Source: Raillietiella orientalis (lineage: Eukaryota). From it: 64,000 bases of DNA. Below are positions 35,134-46,800 of this stretch, one piece after another. Every line of letters begins with the position of its first letter. Within the stretch, counting starts at the first letter, position 1. The position numbers were made by a program, and so were the translations under genes. The stretch spans positions 186,001 through 250,000 of the forward strand of contig JAYWIR010000072.1 in the NCBI GenBank assembly GCA_036172245.1, written 5' to 3'. The notes beneath the pieces were generated by a model that did no database searches, had not been told where the DNA came from, and saw only the letters and a list, made by a program, of their open reading frames with translations.

Positions 35134-36887
35134 TATTCCTGGGAAGATGGCGATGCGGCGTCCGCCACCCGTTGGGGCGGGACGCTAGGTGGAGGAGGAG
35201 GGTCAGGCGCTGCGTGCACCTGGTCCCCCTCCTCCATGGGTAACGGCGCGTCGAGGGGGTCACCCTTAGGTGGGGTCGCGCCTACCTGTTGGCCCTCCTC
35301 CATGGGGGCGGGCTGTTCAGGCTCGGCGACTGCAGGGAGGACTTCGCCCCCCTGCTCACCCTCCTCCATGGGGGTGGCCGGCTCGACGGCTTCCGAGCGT
35401 GGGAGTCCCCCCTCCGGGATTCCCACGCCACCGCTACCTTCCTGCTTCTCCTCCTCGCTGGTGGAGGGGAGGCGCCTCCTGGGTTTCTGGGACTTGCGTC
35501 CCGACTTCCTGGGGGGTGCCTCCGAGGAAGAGGATGCACTTCCGGCCCCCAGGTCCGACTCACCTGTGGGGGCCTTTTTCGCGGGAGCCGGCCTTCGCAC
35601 GGCCTTGCGTGAGGGGTTCTCACGCTCGGCCAGCGTGGCCGCGAGCTCCTCCGCCGCCTTTGCGAACGCGGCGTCCGCAGTGTCGACCGGCGCGTCGCGC
35701 GGCTCACCCTCTGTGTAAACAGAGGGTTCGCCGTCGCGAACCTCGGGCGCGGCGGAAACGGCGAGGGAAGGCTCGTCGCCCCGGGTGGCAATCTCGGGAA
35801 CGGCTATGCGCTCCAGTGCTACCGTACACTCCCGCATGGTCTTAGAGCGCGGCCCAGGTTTTTTCGCCTTGCCGGCTGTCTTTTTTACCGCTTTCGCGGG
35901 TTCCGCGGGGGGCACCTTTTTCTCCTTCCTGGCCTTGACCAGCTGCCAGCCGTCTTGGACTCCCGCGTCTTCGGAGGGTTTTTCTTCCGACGCCTGTGTG
36001 GGAGGAACAGGGGCTAGCGGCTGCTGCCGGCCAGGATCTCTTTTTGGTCTTTCGACCAGTTTACTGCGTTTTGCCTGTGCTTTTTTTGCAGCAGGCGGCA
36101 CCGGAGTGGGGCGTTTAGGGCATACGCGGCGTACGTGGCCCTTCTCCCCGCATAAGTGGCACACAATGTTCGGGCACCGCTTGCGCAAGTGTCCTACTGC
36201 ATTGCAGTAGGCACAAAAGCGGGGTTTCCCCACGTAGCAGAGGTCTACGACTTCGCCATTGACCTCTAGTTTGTGGGGAAGCCCACTCTCCTTCACCGTC
36301 ACGCGCGCGGCGGCCTGCCCTCCGAAAAGGCTATCGTAGCCATCGAAGATTGTGGCCTTTGGCCAAAGCGCGTGAACATCTCCGTGCTTTCTTAACTGAT
36401 CACCAACCGCAGACCGCGTCATGCGGCTGGTGATCCCTGTCAGATGGACCACTACGGAGCGGTCCATCGTGACTGGTAGGATCTTGCGTCCGTCCACGTT
36501 CAGCGGGGTGGTTATCAAGCTTTGCGCCAAGGTGATGTCCTTGCAGACAACCTCAACGCGCTGACCCCCGCTTAGCACGGATAGACCGTCAAGGTCCTTT
36601 TCCAACACGTTGGCGTTCTGCAGCGCTTTCGAAAAAGCGCGTGCAGTTCGCCCGTCAAAGAGATTGCCTACCTGGTAAACCAAGCTGGGCTTGTACCCAG
36701 CTGCCCGGTAGGCCGCCATCTCGGCCATGGTTTCCGCGATCGGCGCGGCCACCATGGCGCTCCAGCTCCTCGCCTTGAGCGGCGAGGGCGATTCCGGGGC
36801 GGACGCCCCTGATTCTGTAGGCTGTGGGGGTGGGCAAGCCTCCCCCACACCTACCTCCATCGTGGTGTCCTCAGGCATCGCTGCCAT
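35133..36887 (-). CDS. alpha-1 ORF1p (two CCHC knuckles)
   Basis: Open frame from MAAMPEDT; CAYCNAVGHLRKRC and CHLCGEKGHVRRVC. Confidence 0.85.
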   Translation of the reverse strand: MAAMPEDTTMEVGVGEACPPPQPTESGASAPESPSPLKARSWSAMVAAPIAETMAEMAAYRAAGYKPSLVYQVGNLFDGRTARAFSKALQNANVLEKDLDGLSVLSGGQRVEVVCKDITLAQSLITTPLNVDGRKILPVTMDRSVVVHLTGITSRMTRSAVGDQLRKHGDVHALWPKATIFDGYDSLFGGQAAARVTVKESGLPHKLEVNGEVVDLCYVGKPRFCAYCNAVGHLRKRCPNIVCHLCGEKGHVRRVCPKRPTPVPPAAKKAQAKRSKLVERPKRDPGRQQPLAPVPPTQASEEKPSEDAGVQDGWQLVKARKEKKVPPAEPAKAVKKTAGKAKKPGPRSKTMRECTVALERIAVPEIATRGDEPSLAVSAAPEVRDGEPSVYTEGEPRDAPVDTADAAFAKAAEELAATLAERENPSRKAVRRPAPAKKAPTGESDLGAGSASSSSEAPPRKSGRKSQKPRRRLPSTSEEEKQEGSGGVGIPEGGLPRSEAVEPATPMEEGEQGGEVLPAVAEPEQPAPMEEGQQVGATPPKGDPLDAPLPMEEGDQVHAAPDPPPPPSVPPQRVADAASPSSQE

Positions 36888-36967
36888 CGGACACCAACGA
36901 TGTTCCACACTGAACAACACAACAAAAAACCGCTTCCTGTCAACTCACTCGGGAGCGAAGGAAACAC

Positions 36968-37002
36968 ACGTCCACTCGCCAAGGGTTTCGGCGAAGGGCT
37001 GA
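36968..37002 (-). promoter_or_regulatory. Putative Inr (host-derived) + DPE (element-derived) promoter of alpha-1
   Basis: Minus strand TCA(+1,37000)GCC and GGACGT starting at 36973 (= +28). Confidence 0.5.
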
Positions 37003-39731
37003 GGAACGACCGGGCATACCACCACCCCCGTCTTAACTCTAGGACTCCCGACGTTCGACGCCTGGCGGAGTATAAAGCTGGGGCTGAGCGACAGACCTGG
37101 CAATCCGGGTCGCCCAGCTTGCTGGACGCCCAAGGCCAAGAATCCTCAGCTCCGGCAAGAATAAACCGCATCCTGCGGGACTATTACTCCTCTTTGTACG
37201 CGCGAAGAACAACGGAGCGCGCCGTGGCGCAGCGCTTGCTGCCGCAATGTGCCCCCGCGCTGCAGGAGGAGCAGGCACATGAGCTCGCGGAGCCTTTCTC
37301 AATTTCGGAGATCGTCTCCGCCATCGGAAAGCTCCAAAAGAGGAGAGAAGCAGAAGAAGACGGTCCGCCCTCGGAGTTCTACCAAGGCGTCGTGGCGGAG
37401 CTGGCCCCCCTGGTTCATCGGCTATGCATGCTGATCCGAGAACAAGGGGACGTCCCCAATTCGTTCCGGTCAGCTAGAGTACGTCTCCTGACGAAAGGAG
37501 CAGACAATCGCAACGTAGGCAACTGGCGTCCCATCACAGTAGTGAATGCGGATGCGAAGTTGCTTGCCAAGCTTTGGGCTGAGCGACTGGGACGGGTGGC
37601 GGAATCCGTGGTGAGTCCGGAGCAGACATACGCTGTTCCCGGACGAAGCATGGAGGCCAACCTGTTCCTCGCCAGTACATGGTGGCAGTTGCAACAAAGC
37701 GAAGACCAGGGAGGTCAAGAGAATCCTGAATTCTCCTCTGACCAGGGAGGGGACGCCCTTCATGGAAGAGCCGCGCCCGGTGCCCTTGCGGTCGCAGTCG
37801 ATCTGCGTAAAGCGTTCGATTGCGTCGACCAGGAACTGCTTCTGGAGCTCCTGGAACGCTTGGGATTCCCGGACGTCTTCCGAGCTTACCTGCGCTCCTG
37901 CTGGCGCTTCGCTCTAATCAACATCTCTTTGAGCGGCCGGCACGTGTACGGCGTGCCGGTTCGGCGTGGCATAAGGCAGGGTGACAGTCTGAGCCCCTTG
38001 CTCTTCAGCATCTACTTCGAGCTGGTGCTGAGGGCATACAGGGAGACTCTGGCAACCCTGCCAAGCTCGTGTCCCGGCACGCCTGCCGTGTCGGCCTACG
38101 CCGACGACCTTCTGCTCCTGCTCCCCGGGTCCACCCCAGCGTCGGTGCTCGAAGATTTCTTTGAGTTGCTGCGCCGCGGGACGGGCCTCGAGGTGAACAG
38201 AGAGAAATCCACAATCGTTACAACATCACCACAACTATTCAACCATGCGGCGTGGGCCGGACGGCCGGACTGGATCCGCTTGGGGATCCCCACGGGCAGG
38301 TGCTTGAAGTACCTTGGCGTTCCGTTGGGGGACTTCTGCGTTGCAGAAGCCTGGTCCGACCGTCTCCAAAAGGTGGAGTTGGCGATCGGCCCGTTCCGGA
38401 ACAGCAAGTTATGTTGTATGGCGTTGGCGATCGGTCCGTTCCAAGAAGGCAAGTTCTACTTGCAGGAACGGGCCGCGGTGTGGAACGCGTTTGCGGCTCC
38501 CCTCCTTCGCCCCCTACTTTTTGTGTGCCCCGCCCCTTATTTTATTCGGAAACGAGCAGCGGGCCTCCTGAGGACAGTCCTTTGGGGCAAAGGGAGGTCC
38601 CGTGTGAGGCTCAAAGACTTGTGCGCTCCACGTAAGGACGGTGGACTTGGCTTACTTACGCTGGAGCGCATCGAAATACAACTTCGATTCAGGACTCTCG
38701 CCCTTGCGGCAGAATTGTGGGACACGCCTTGGTGCGTTCCAGCACGCCTCCTGGCCCAACGAGCCTGCGGAATCGGCGGACTTTTGTCGTTTCTGTCTGC
38801 GCGCGTCTGCAGAAGACCGTACTGTGGCTCTATGCTGCGACGCATCTTTGTTGCGGTTCGGGAGAACGCCTGGATCTCCTGCCTCCCAGGGAACTACTCC
38901 GCCTGGTTGCACGAGTCAGTCTCCACCTGGGTAAAGATCCACGTTCCGGCGGGCACAAGGAACACTTGTATGAAAAGGCACGCCCGCTGGACGCTGCAGG
39001 AGATCGTGCAGTCCCACGACAAGCTTCTGTGGGCCTTGATAACCCCCCTCGCCCCAGTGCTGCCCTTCCTTGTGAATGCCAGGGACAGTAGCGAGCAGGG
39101 GAAATGGACCGTGTCCTGCACTATAGGCGGCAGGACACAATCGATAAAGGCGTGGACATCTCGGCAGCTAGCTGACGCTGCGACGCCGAGTGTCCCGCCC
39201 AACGGAATTCGACGCTGGGGCGAGCTACTCGGACTATCTCCGGAGGAGATGAAGTGGCCCCCAGCGTCCTGGAACAGTGCATCCCTCCCCCTGAAATGGC
39301 AGGATGTGGCGTTGCTTGCGGTACTCTGGGGATTACCATTTAAAGCACGCCTGCACCACACCACCCGGGGGGCTGTGGATTCCAATTGTGACCGGTGTGG
39401 GGAAAAAGAAACATTCTTCCACCTTCTCCTTGAGTGTAGCGCCCTCCGCCCTTTATGGGATCGTCTCGCGGCGATCCTGGACTTGCGCGGATGCGGCCCA
39501 AAAGACGTTTTCAGGCGCCTCTTCTGTAGTGACGCCTTTTCCCTTTCCGCTAGTGTAGCAGTCCTCTGCTGCATCAGAGGAATAGTGGCGGCTTGGAACG
39601 CCACCAGAAGAAGGCGTCAGCCAACCGGCAACGCCTTACACTGGACTCGCCTTTTCGCGCGCAGTGTCTGCAAGTGGCGCCACTTGGGCGCTGAAAGGAC
39701 TCAGCTTGTGCGGATCCTGAATAGGATCTAG
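36984..39731 (+). pseudogene. Host ORF2 3' part (RT-CCHC), open frame but separated from its endonuclease
   Basis: NWRPIT, VDLRKAFD, GIRQGDSLS, YADD, CDRCGEKETFFHLLLEC. Confidence 0.85.
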
Positions 39732-39991
39732 AGGACCTCTCCACGCGCACCGTGATCCCTTCCCCGCCCTCCCACCTCTACAACATTTGTTCCATCCCAC
39801 ATTTGAACTTTTTGTTTCTTTTTGTTTTTCTTTATTTCCCATCCCCGCGCATCGGAAGGACCTCTCCGGCACGGAGCCAATAACCAGCAAGCTGTTTTAA
39901 AGTGGTGAACCTTCGGGTTCGCCACGCGACATTGTTCTGTAATTTTATTTCTATGAAATAAATGCCCCGGCACATCCGGGTGTGAACAACC

Positions 39992-41370
39992 CGCCGCCGC
40001 GCGCACGCCGACGCCGCGACAAAGTCGCGAGCCCAGAGTGAGCAGCGACGACCGGGACTTCAACAAGGCGGCGGAAGAGTTGGCAGCCATGCTCCAACAA
40101 CCTCCCAAGGCCGAGAAGATGGCCTTGAGGCGTCCGGCTGAGGCGAAAGGACCGGAGACTTCCGAGTCCGAAGCCGAATCCGGCAACTCTCCGGCTGTCG
40201 CTCTCCCGAAGCGCAAAGCGGGCCGCAAGGTAGGCAACCCGCGGCACTCCACACCTCCACCGGCGGAGGAGAAAATGCGGTCGGACCACGACGACGGGGA
40301 GGCGATGTCCGCGAGGTCTCACGACTCCTCGACGGAGACGTCCCTGGCCAAGCAGGATCCTCCAACCACCACCTCAACCACCGACGGACCGCCTCCTTGC
40401 GAGCAACAGTCCTTCGCAATGGATACACAACTCCCGCCTGCTGAACAGCAGGCGAAGGACGGTATGCAAACACCATAAACCCACCAACGCGTGGACTCTC
40501 CTCCTGCCGGCGACTGCGCGTAATCTGTTGGAACGTCAACGGGTTGCGCGACGACGGCAAGAGGAGAGAAGTGGCCGCCAGCCTGCGGGACTTCGATCTG
40601 GCGCTTCTGCAGGAGACGCGCGTAATCCACGCAGGGGAGGCCCAGGAAATCGAACGGATCGCAGGCGAGCGGCTGGTATACCGAAACGGGAGAGACCGCA
40701 CCCGCGGTGTGGCTTTTGATGGTGAAGCCAGCCGTCGTTAACGCTCTGCGCGAGGTGCACTTCGACGGGGATGGTCAAATTGGGCAGTTTGTTGCCAAGT
40801 GGTCCGACGCTATCGAACTCGTCGTGAGCAACGTGTAGGCGCCCGGTACGAGCCACAGGCGCGAGGAACGCACTGCGTTCTTCGCAGGCCTGCGGCGAGA
40901 TTGGCTGGCCGAAGCTGACATGCGAAAGGCGCACCTCATTGCCGGGGACTTTAACGTCCGCCTGCTGGCAGGTGCGCCCGACATTCGCGTACAGCTGGTG
41001 AACGAGTTGTGCGCTGCCATGCACGCGCGCAACTTGTTGGCCGGTGACGCCGGGACGGAGACGAGGATCGACCACATGTTCCTCGACAACCACCTGTGTT
41101 CGCGGGTGGGAATTTGAGGGGCAGTGCCATCCGAACTTTCCGACCATCCCCGGCTGGCGCTAGAAATACACCCGCGCGGTAGAGGTCCACGTTCCACAGC
41201 GTGGCGTTTGCCAGGGGACTGGTTGCGCCTCGCAGGAGCAGCGCAACATCTTCGCTCGTTCCTGCAAGGCTTCCATCTGCAGTCGCTCGCGGTCTGGGAC
41301 GACTTGAAGAGCTCAGTCCGCGAGTTCTGCGACTAGTTTCCCCTGAACCGTCTCCTTCCAGGTTTCGGCG
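39992..41370 (+). mobile_element. Second host (gamma) copy, 5'-truncated, ending at the GFG site
   Basis: Near-identical to ~29953-31333; ends GGTTTCGGCG (41361-41370); continuation appears at 63925. Confidence 0.85.
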
Positions 41371-43870
41371 TTGTCACCCGGGTACGCCCTGGGCGTTTAT
41401 TTGTAAACTCTACATGCGTGGTACGAGGCCCCACCACGGCCGTAAACACAGGACCTGTCGGGACACCAGGACGCAGCCCGGCGTGGCACTCCCCGACAGC
41501 GAAGGAAGATGGGGATAAAACCAAAAGAAAAATAAAAAGAAACAAACAAAAAGAAGCTGGAGGGCAGGGAAGGGATCACTGGTCGCTGTGGGGAGGGCCC
41601 ATCCGTCGAACGAAGCCCTTGCGGTCTGTCTGCATATTCCCCATTTGGGGCCATCTGGCAGCTTTCCGCAAGAAGCGTTGGGCATACGGGATGACATCCC
41701 TTGCGTGTTGACCCACTCCTTCCTTGTTGGTGTCGCTCCATGCCGCCACGATGCCTCGGACGCAGCACAAGGCTGCAAGGTCTGCGGCTGGCTGCAGGGC
41801 GTCCTTCACGAAGAGGCGCCGAAGAACGTCTCTAAAGGAACTGCCCGTAGGGAGAGAGAGGATCGTCCCAAACCGTTCCCAAAGGGAACGAAGGGCAGCA
41901 CAGTCCACAATGAGGTGGGAGAGCGATTCCCGCTCTCCGCACCTGACACACGCAGGACCCACAACTCCTCTCGTCCAGTGAGAGCGGCGTGCGTTGCAGG
42001 GTAAACCCCAATGCAACAACAGCAACGCCGACTCTTTTGACCTAAGGGGCAGGATCCTGGATTACTGAAGAAGCGGGGGCCTCTTCAGCGCATCCATAAA
42101 GATGGCCAGCAGCTCGCCCCGTCTTAATAATCCTCGCGGCTGGACGCTCGGGGTCGTGGCGTCGGCCAGTTCTCCTGTTGTCCAGCCGCTAATCAACTTC
42201 TCACGTCCCTCGATGCAGCAGGAGCCTTGCCACCTTAGCGTCCGGCTGCTCTTAAGTGCCCTCCTCAGGAAGCGCAGCGCCATAGTTAGGCAGGTCGTCT
42301 CTGCCCACGTGGATCTTGGTGGATTCTACAGGAGATTCTGCAGCGTGCAGCGGGCGTAGGAGCTGCATCGGAGACGATTCCACGTTTCGTGGCTCCTCTG
42401 GTTAACCGCTGCCCACGTTCCAATATTCTCCCTTAGCCAGGCGGGGGAGTTGGCGGGGCGGCAAACCATCCAGCTGTCCTCCTTGGTTAATGTTGCCATG
42501 CGCCCGAGCAGTAGGCCGCATCTTCGCATCTTCCGGCCACGGCTCAGAAGAAAAGACGCGAGTCCATCGCACCGGGACACACAACTAGCCAGGAGGCGGG
42601 CCGGAGTGCACCAAGGGGTGCTCCACATCTTCGCTGCGATGGCGAACCCTCGCCGCAGCTGCTACTCCACGCGCTCCAGCGTCAGGAATCCAAGACCGCC
42701 GTCCCGATGCGGAGCTCACAAGTCTTTCAGAGGGACTCCGGGCCTCCCCTTGCCCCAAAGGGCGATACGGAGGAGGTCCTTTGTCGTCTTCTTCGATTCC
42801 ACGGTGGAGGGGCAAACAAAAAGCAAGGGGTGGAGGATGGGGGCCGCGAAGGCTTTCCAAACCGCGGCCCGTTGCGGCAAGTGAAACCTGCCTTCCAGGA
42901 ACGGGCCGATCGCCGTCTCGACTTTCTGGAGGCAGCTGGACCACGCTTCCGCAGGGGAGTAGTCCCCCAACGGCACACCAAGGTACTTGAAGCACCTCGC
43001 CGTGGGGATCCCCAGACGGACCCAGTCCTGCTGCCCTGCCCACGCCGCACCTATTGGCACAACCGACGACTTCGCCCTGTTAACCTGCAGTCCGGTCCCG
43101 CGGCTGAGCAGATCGAAGAATTCTCCGAATGCCTTTGCCGGGGTGGACATTGGCAACAAGAGCAGAAGATCGTCTGCGTACGCTGCTACGGCGGGCGTGC
43201 CAGGGCACGAGCTCGGCAATGGGGCCAAAGTCACCCTGTGCGCTCTCAGCATCAGCTCAAAGTACGTGCTCAAGAGCAGGGGGCTGAGGCTATCTCCCTG
43301 CCTTATGCCCCGCCGCACCGGCACGCCATACACCTTGTGTCCACTGAAAGAGACGGTAATCATCGCATTCCGCCAGCAAGAGCGCAGGTAGGAAATCAGG
43401 GAGAGTGGGAAGCTTATGCGACCCAGGAGCTCCAAGAGGAGTTCCTGGTCTACACAGTCGAACGCCTTGTGGAGATCGACTGCGAACGCTAGGGCGCCCT
43501 TTCCCGCCCGGGGGTCCCTTCCGAGCCCGGCTGGCGGCCTTAAGGTGGGGTTGCCGACTTTACCTAACCCTTTCTTTTCTCTTCTCTGCAGGTGCGCTCA
43601 TGTGCTTGCGAGGAAGAGGTTGGCATCCATACTTCGCCCGGGAACAGCATAAGTCTGCTCCGGGCTAATTACGGATTGTGCCACCTGCCCCAGACGCGAA
43701 GCCCATAGCCCTGCTATCAACTTGGCATCCGTATTCACGATCGTGATCGGACGCGAGTTCTTTAAATCCCTGAGGTCTCCCCCTTTCGGAAGGAGGCTCA
43801 CCCTGGCTGACGGAAACGAGGCGGAAACATCGCCTTCGTCTCGGATCAGCCTGATCAACTTAAGCAGCAG

Positions 43871-46800
43871 ATGTGCCCAAGAGGCGCTTTAAAACGTCTC
43901 TGGGAGCGTGCAAGGGTGCACCAACGGCAGTTGCAAAGCGCAACCACAGGGGCCGGAGGGCAACAGAGTCAACGAGCACGTGCGGGAGAGTTTCTCGTTC
44001 CCCGCACCTGACACAGTTTGGGTCCACAACCCTCCTCGTCCAATGAGAGCGGCGGGCGTTGCTGGGGAGTCCCCAGTGCAACACCAGGAACACCGACTCC
44101 TGCCACTTTAGGGGGAGGGCCCGAGTATTCCTCAGCACTTGGGGCCACTCGAGTGCATCCCGCGGGATGCACAGCAGCTCGCCCCAGCGCAACAGTCCTC
44201 TCGGTGGGGAACTGGGGATCGCGGCATCAGCAAGCTGACCCGTGGTCCAACCATCTTGTTCTTTCTCAGTGTCCCTGATCGTACACCGGACCTCCCACAT
44301 GGCCGGCTGGCTACTGCCCAGATGTTCCTTGAGGTGGGACAGAGCTGTGGCAAGGGAGGTCCTCTCAGCCCACGCACTCAAGGCGGGCTGCACGATGATG
44401 TCCTGCAGCGAGCGGCTCTTATGATAGGAGTGCAGCATTCGCTGCCGCAACTCCGGGCTCGCTTCCTCGATCTGGGCCCACGTGCGAAGGCTTTCCTGCA
44501 ACCAGGAAGTGCCCTTCGCGGGCCGGCAGGAGATCCAGGTGTTCTTCCTGGTCAGCTTCGCCACTCGCCGAAGAGTTGGTCCGCAGTGGAACAGGTACCG
44601 GCGTTTGCGGCGCGCTAGGAAGGTAGACAGTCCCGCGCAGCCGCCGACTCGCTGAACCAGGCATCGTGTAGGCTCGCACCAGCTGGCTCTCCACAACTTC
44701 GCCACTAGGGCGATTGTTCGGAACTGCAGCTGCAGTTCGAGGCTCTCCAGCGTGAGGAGGCTAAGGCCCCCATTGCGACGTGGGGCGCACAAGTCCTTCC
44801 AACACGCGCGGGGCCTTCCTCTGCCCCAGATGGCGATTCTGAGGAGGTCCTTTGTACGTGTTCTCACACCCCGGGGTGGGGGACAAACAAAAAGCAAGGA
44901 GCGAAACAGGGGGGCCACGAAAGTGTTCCACAGCACGGCCCGTTCCGGCAAGAAGAACTTGCCATCCAGGAACGGGCCGATCGCTCTCTCGGCCTTTTGG
45001 AGGCAGCAAGACCATTGTTCCGCTGGGGAGTAGTCCCCCAACGGCACACCGAGGTACTTGAGGTACCGTACCGCGGGGATCCCCAGGGGAGACCAGTCTA
45101 GCTGCCCTGCCCACGAGGAACCGACTGCAACAACGGACGACTTTGCTCTGTTCACCTCCAGTCCTGTCCCGCGACGCAGCAGCTCGAAAAAATTTTCGAC
45201 CGCCGACGCCGGGTTGGACATGGGGAGCAGCAGCAGAAGTTCGTCCGCATACGCCGCCAAGGCCGGTGTACCTGGGCACACGCGCAACAGGCGACCAAGA
45301 GTCTCCCTGAATGCCCTCAGCACCAACTCGACGTAGGTGCTGAAGAGCAAGGGGCTCAAGCTATCACCCTGCCGTATCCCGCGGCGCACCGGCACACCGA
45401 ACACGTTCCTTCCCCTGAAAGAAATGTTGGTCAGCGCGTCGCGCCAGCAAGAGCGCAGAAAGGCCAATAAGAAGGCCGGGAAGCCCAAGCGCCTCAGAAG
45501 CTCCAGCAGGAGCTCCTGGTCGACACTGTCGAATGCATTCCGCAAATCGATAGCGACCGCGAGGGCCCCTTCTTTCTCCCGCCTATCCCGCGAACCACCA
45601 GCGGACGTCCCGCAAATCGGGCTGCCGTCCTTGTTCCCTCCATTCATTCTGGTTCTTTGAAGTTCGAACCAGGTGTTCGCGAAGAGCACGTTGGCGTCCA
45701 TGCTTCGCCCGGGAACAGCGTAGGTCTGCTCCGGGCTGATGAAGCTTTCCGCCACCCGCCCCATTCGCTCCGACCATAGCTTCGCAACCAGCTTGTCGTC
45801 CGCGTTCAGTACGGTAATCGGACGTTAATTGCTGAGGTTCCGTAAGTCTCCTCCTTTCGGTAGGAGACGCATACGTGCCGATCGGAAGGAGGCGGGAACG
45901 TATCCTGTCTCCCGGATCAGCAGCGTTAGCCGCGGCACCAGGGGAGCCAGCTCCGCCGCGAAGCACTGAAAAAACTCCGCGGGCAGGCCGTCTTCCCCCG
46001 GTGACTTCCGCCTTTTGAGCTTCCCGATTGCGGTGATGATTTCACCCATCGTGAAAGGCTCGTCCAGGCGTACTCTCTCTTCTTCCCCGATCGCCGAGGC
46101 ACCGTCCGGAAGCAAAAATTGGGAAAATTCCCGGTCCGGAGGCACCCTGGTGTACAGGGAAGAATAATAGCCGTGCACTAGGCTACTCACCTCTGCCGGG
46201 GCCAAGTGCTCTTGGCCTTCGTCGTCCAGCAGGCTGGGCGACCCCGATTGCCAGGCCTGCCGCTCGGCCCCGGCTTTAAATTCCGCCAGTCTTCGGACGT
46301 CTGGTGTTCGGGAGTAACGACGTGCCTGCAGGTAAGCCCTATCCTTTCGAACACATTCTCGAAATCCTTTCGGGAGACGGTCCATGGGGAACTGTTGACA
46401 AAACTCTCGCACCGAGACTTTCAAATCGTCCCAGTCGTCGAGCGTCTGCAGGCTGAAACCTCGCAGGAACGCGCGGTGTTCCGCTGCGCCTGGCTTGGTC
46501 AGCCAGTCCCCCGGTAGACGCCACGCCTGCGCAGGGGGCCCCCTGTCGCGCAAGCGAATGACGAGTTCCACACGGGAGTGGTCGGAGACTGCGGACTGTA
46601 TCTTACCTCGCCTGCCCACGCGACAGCGCAGGTGATCGTCGAGGAAGACGTGGTCCACGCCCCGTTCCATCCCGGTATCCCCGGCTAACAAGTTGGATGC
46701 GTGCACTGCAGCGCACATCTCGTTAACCGGGGTGGCCTCTGTCCTCGCCGCACCTGATAGCAGGCGAATACTAAAATCGCCGGCTATCAGGTGCGCTGTG

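Larger units (their letters stand above)
31334..36983 (-). mobile_element. Tx1/L1-like alpha-1, full length, inserted antisense with a 10-bp TSD
   Basis: TSD GGTTTCGGCG at 31324-31333 and 36984-36993; ORF1, APE, RT (GIRQGDSLS, YADD) and CCHC present. Confidence 0.9.
28743..39990 (+). mobile_element. Tx1/L1-like host element (gamma/delta), split at the GFG site by the alpha insertion
   Basis: ORF1 and the APE domain run to 31333; ORF2 resumes at 36984 with the same 10-mer GGTTTCGGCG and runs through RT and CCHC to AATAAA plus hairpin at 39958-39985. Confidence 0.85.
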
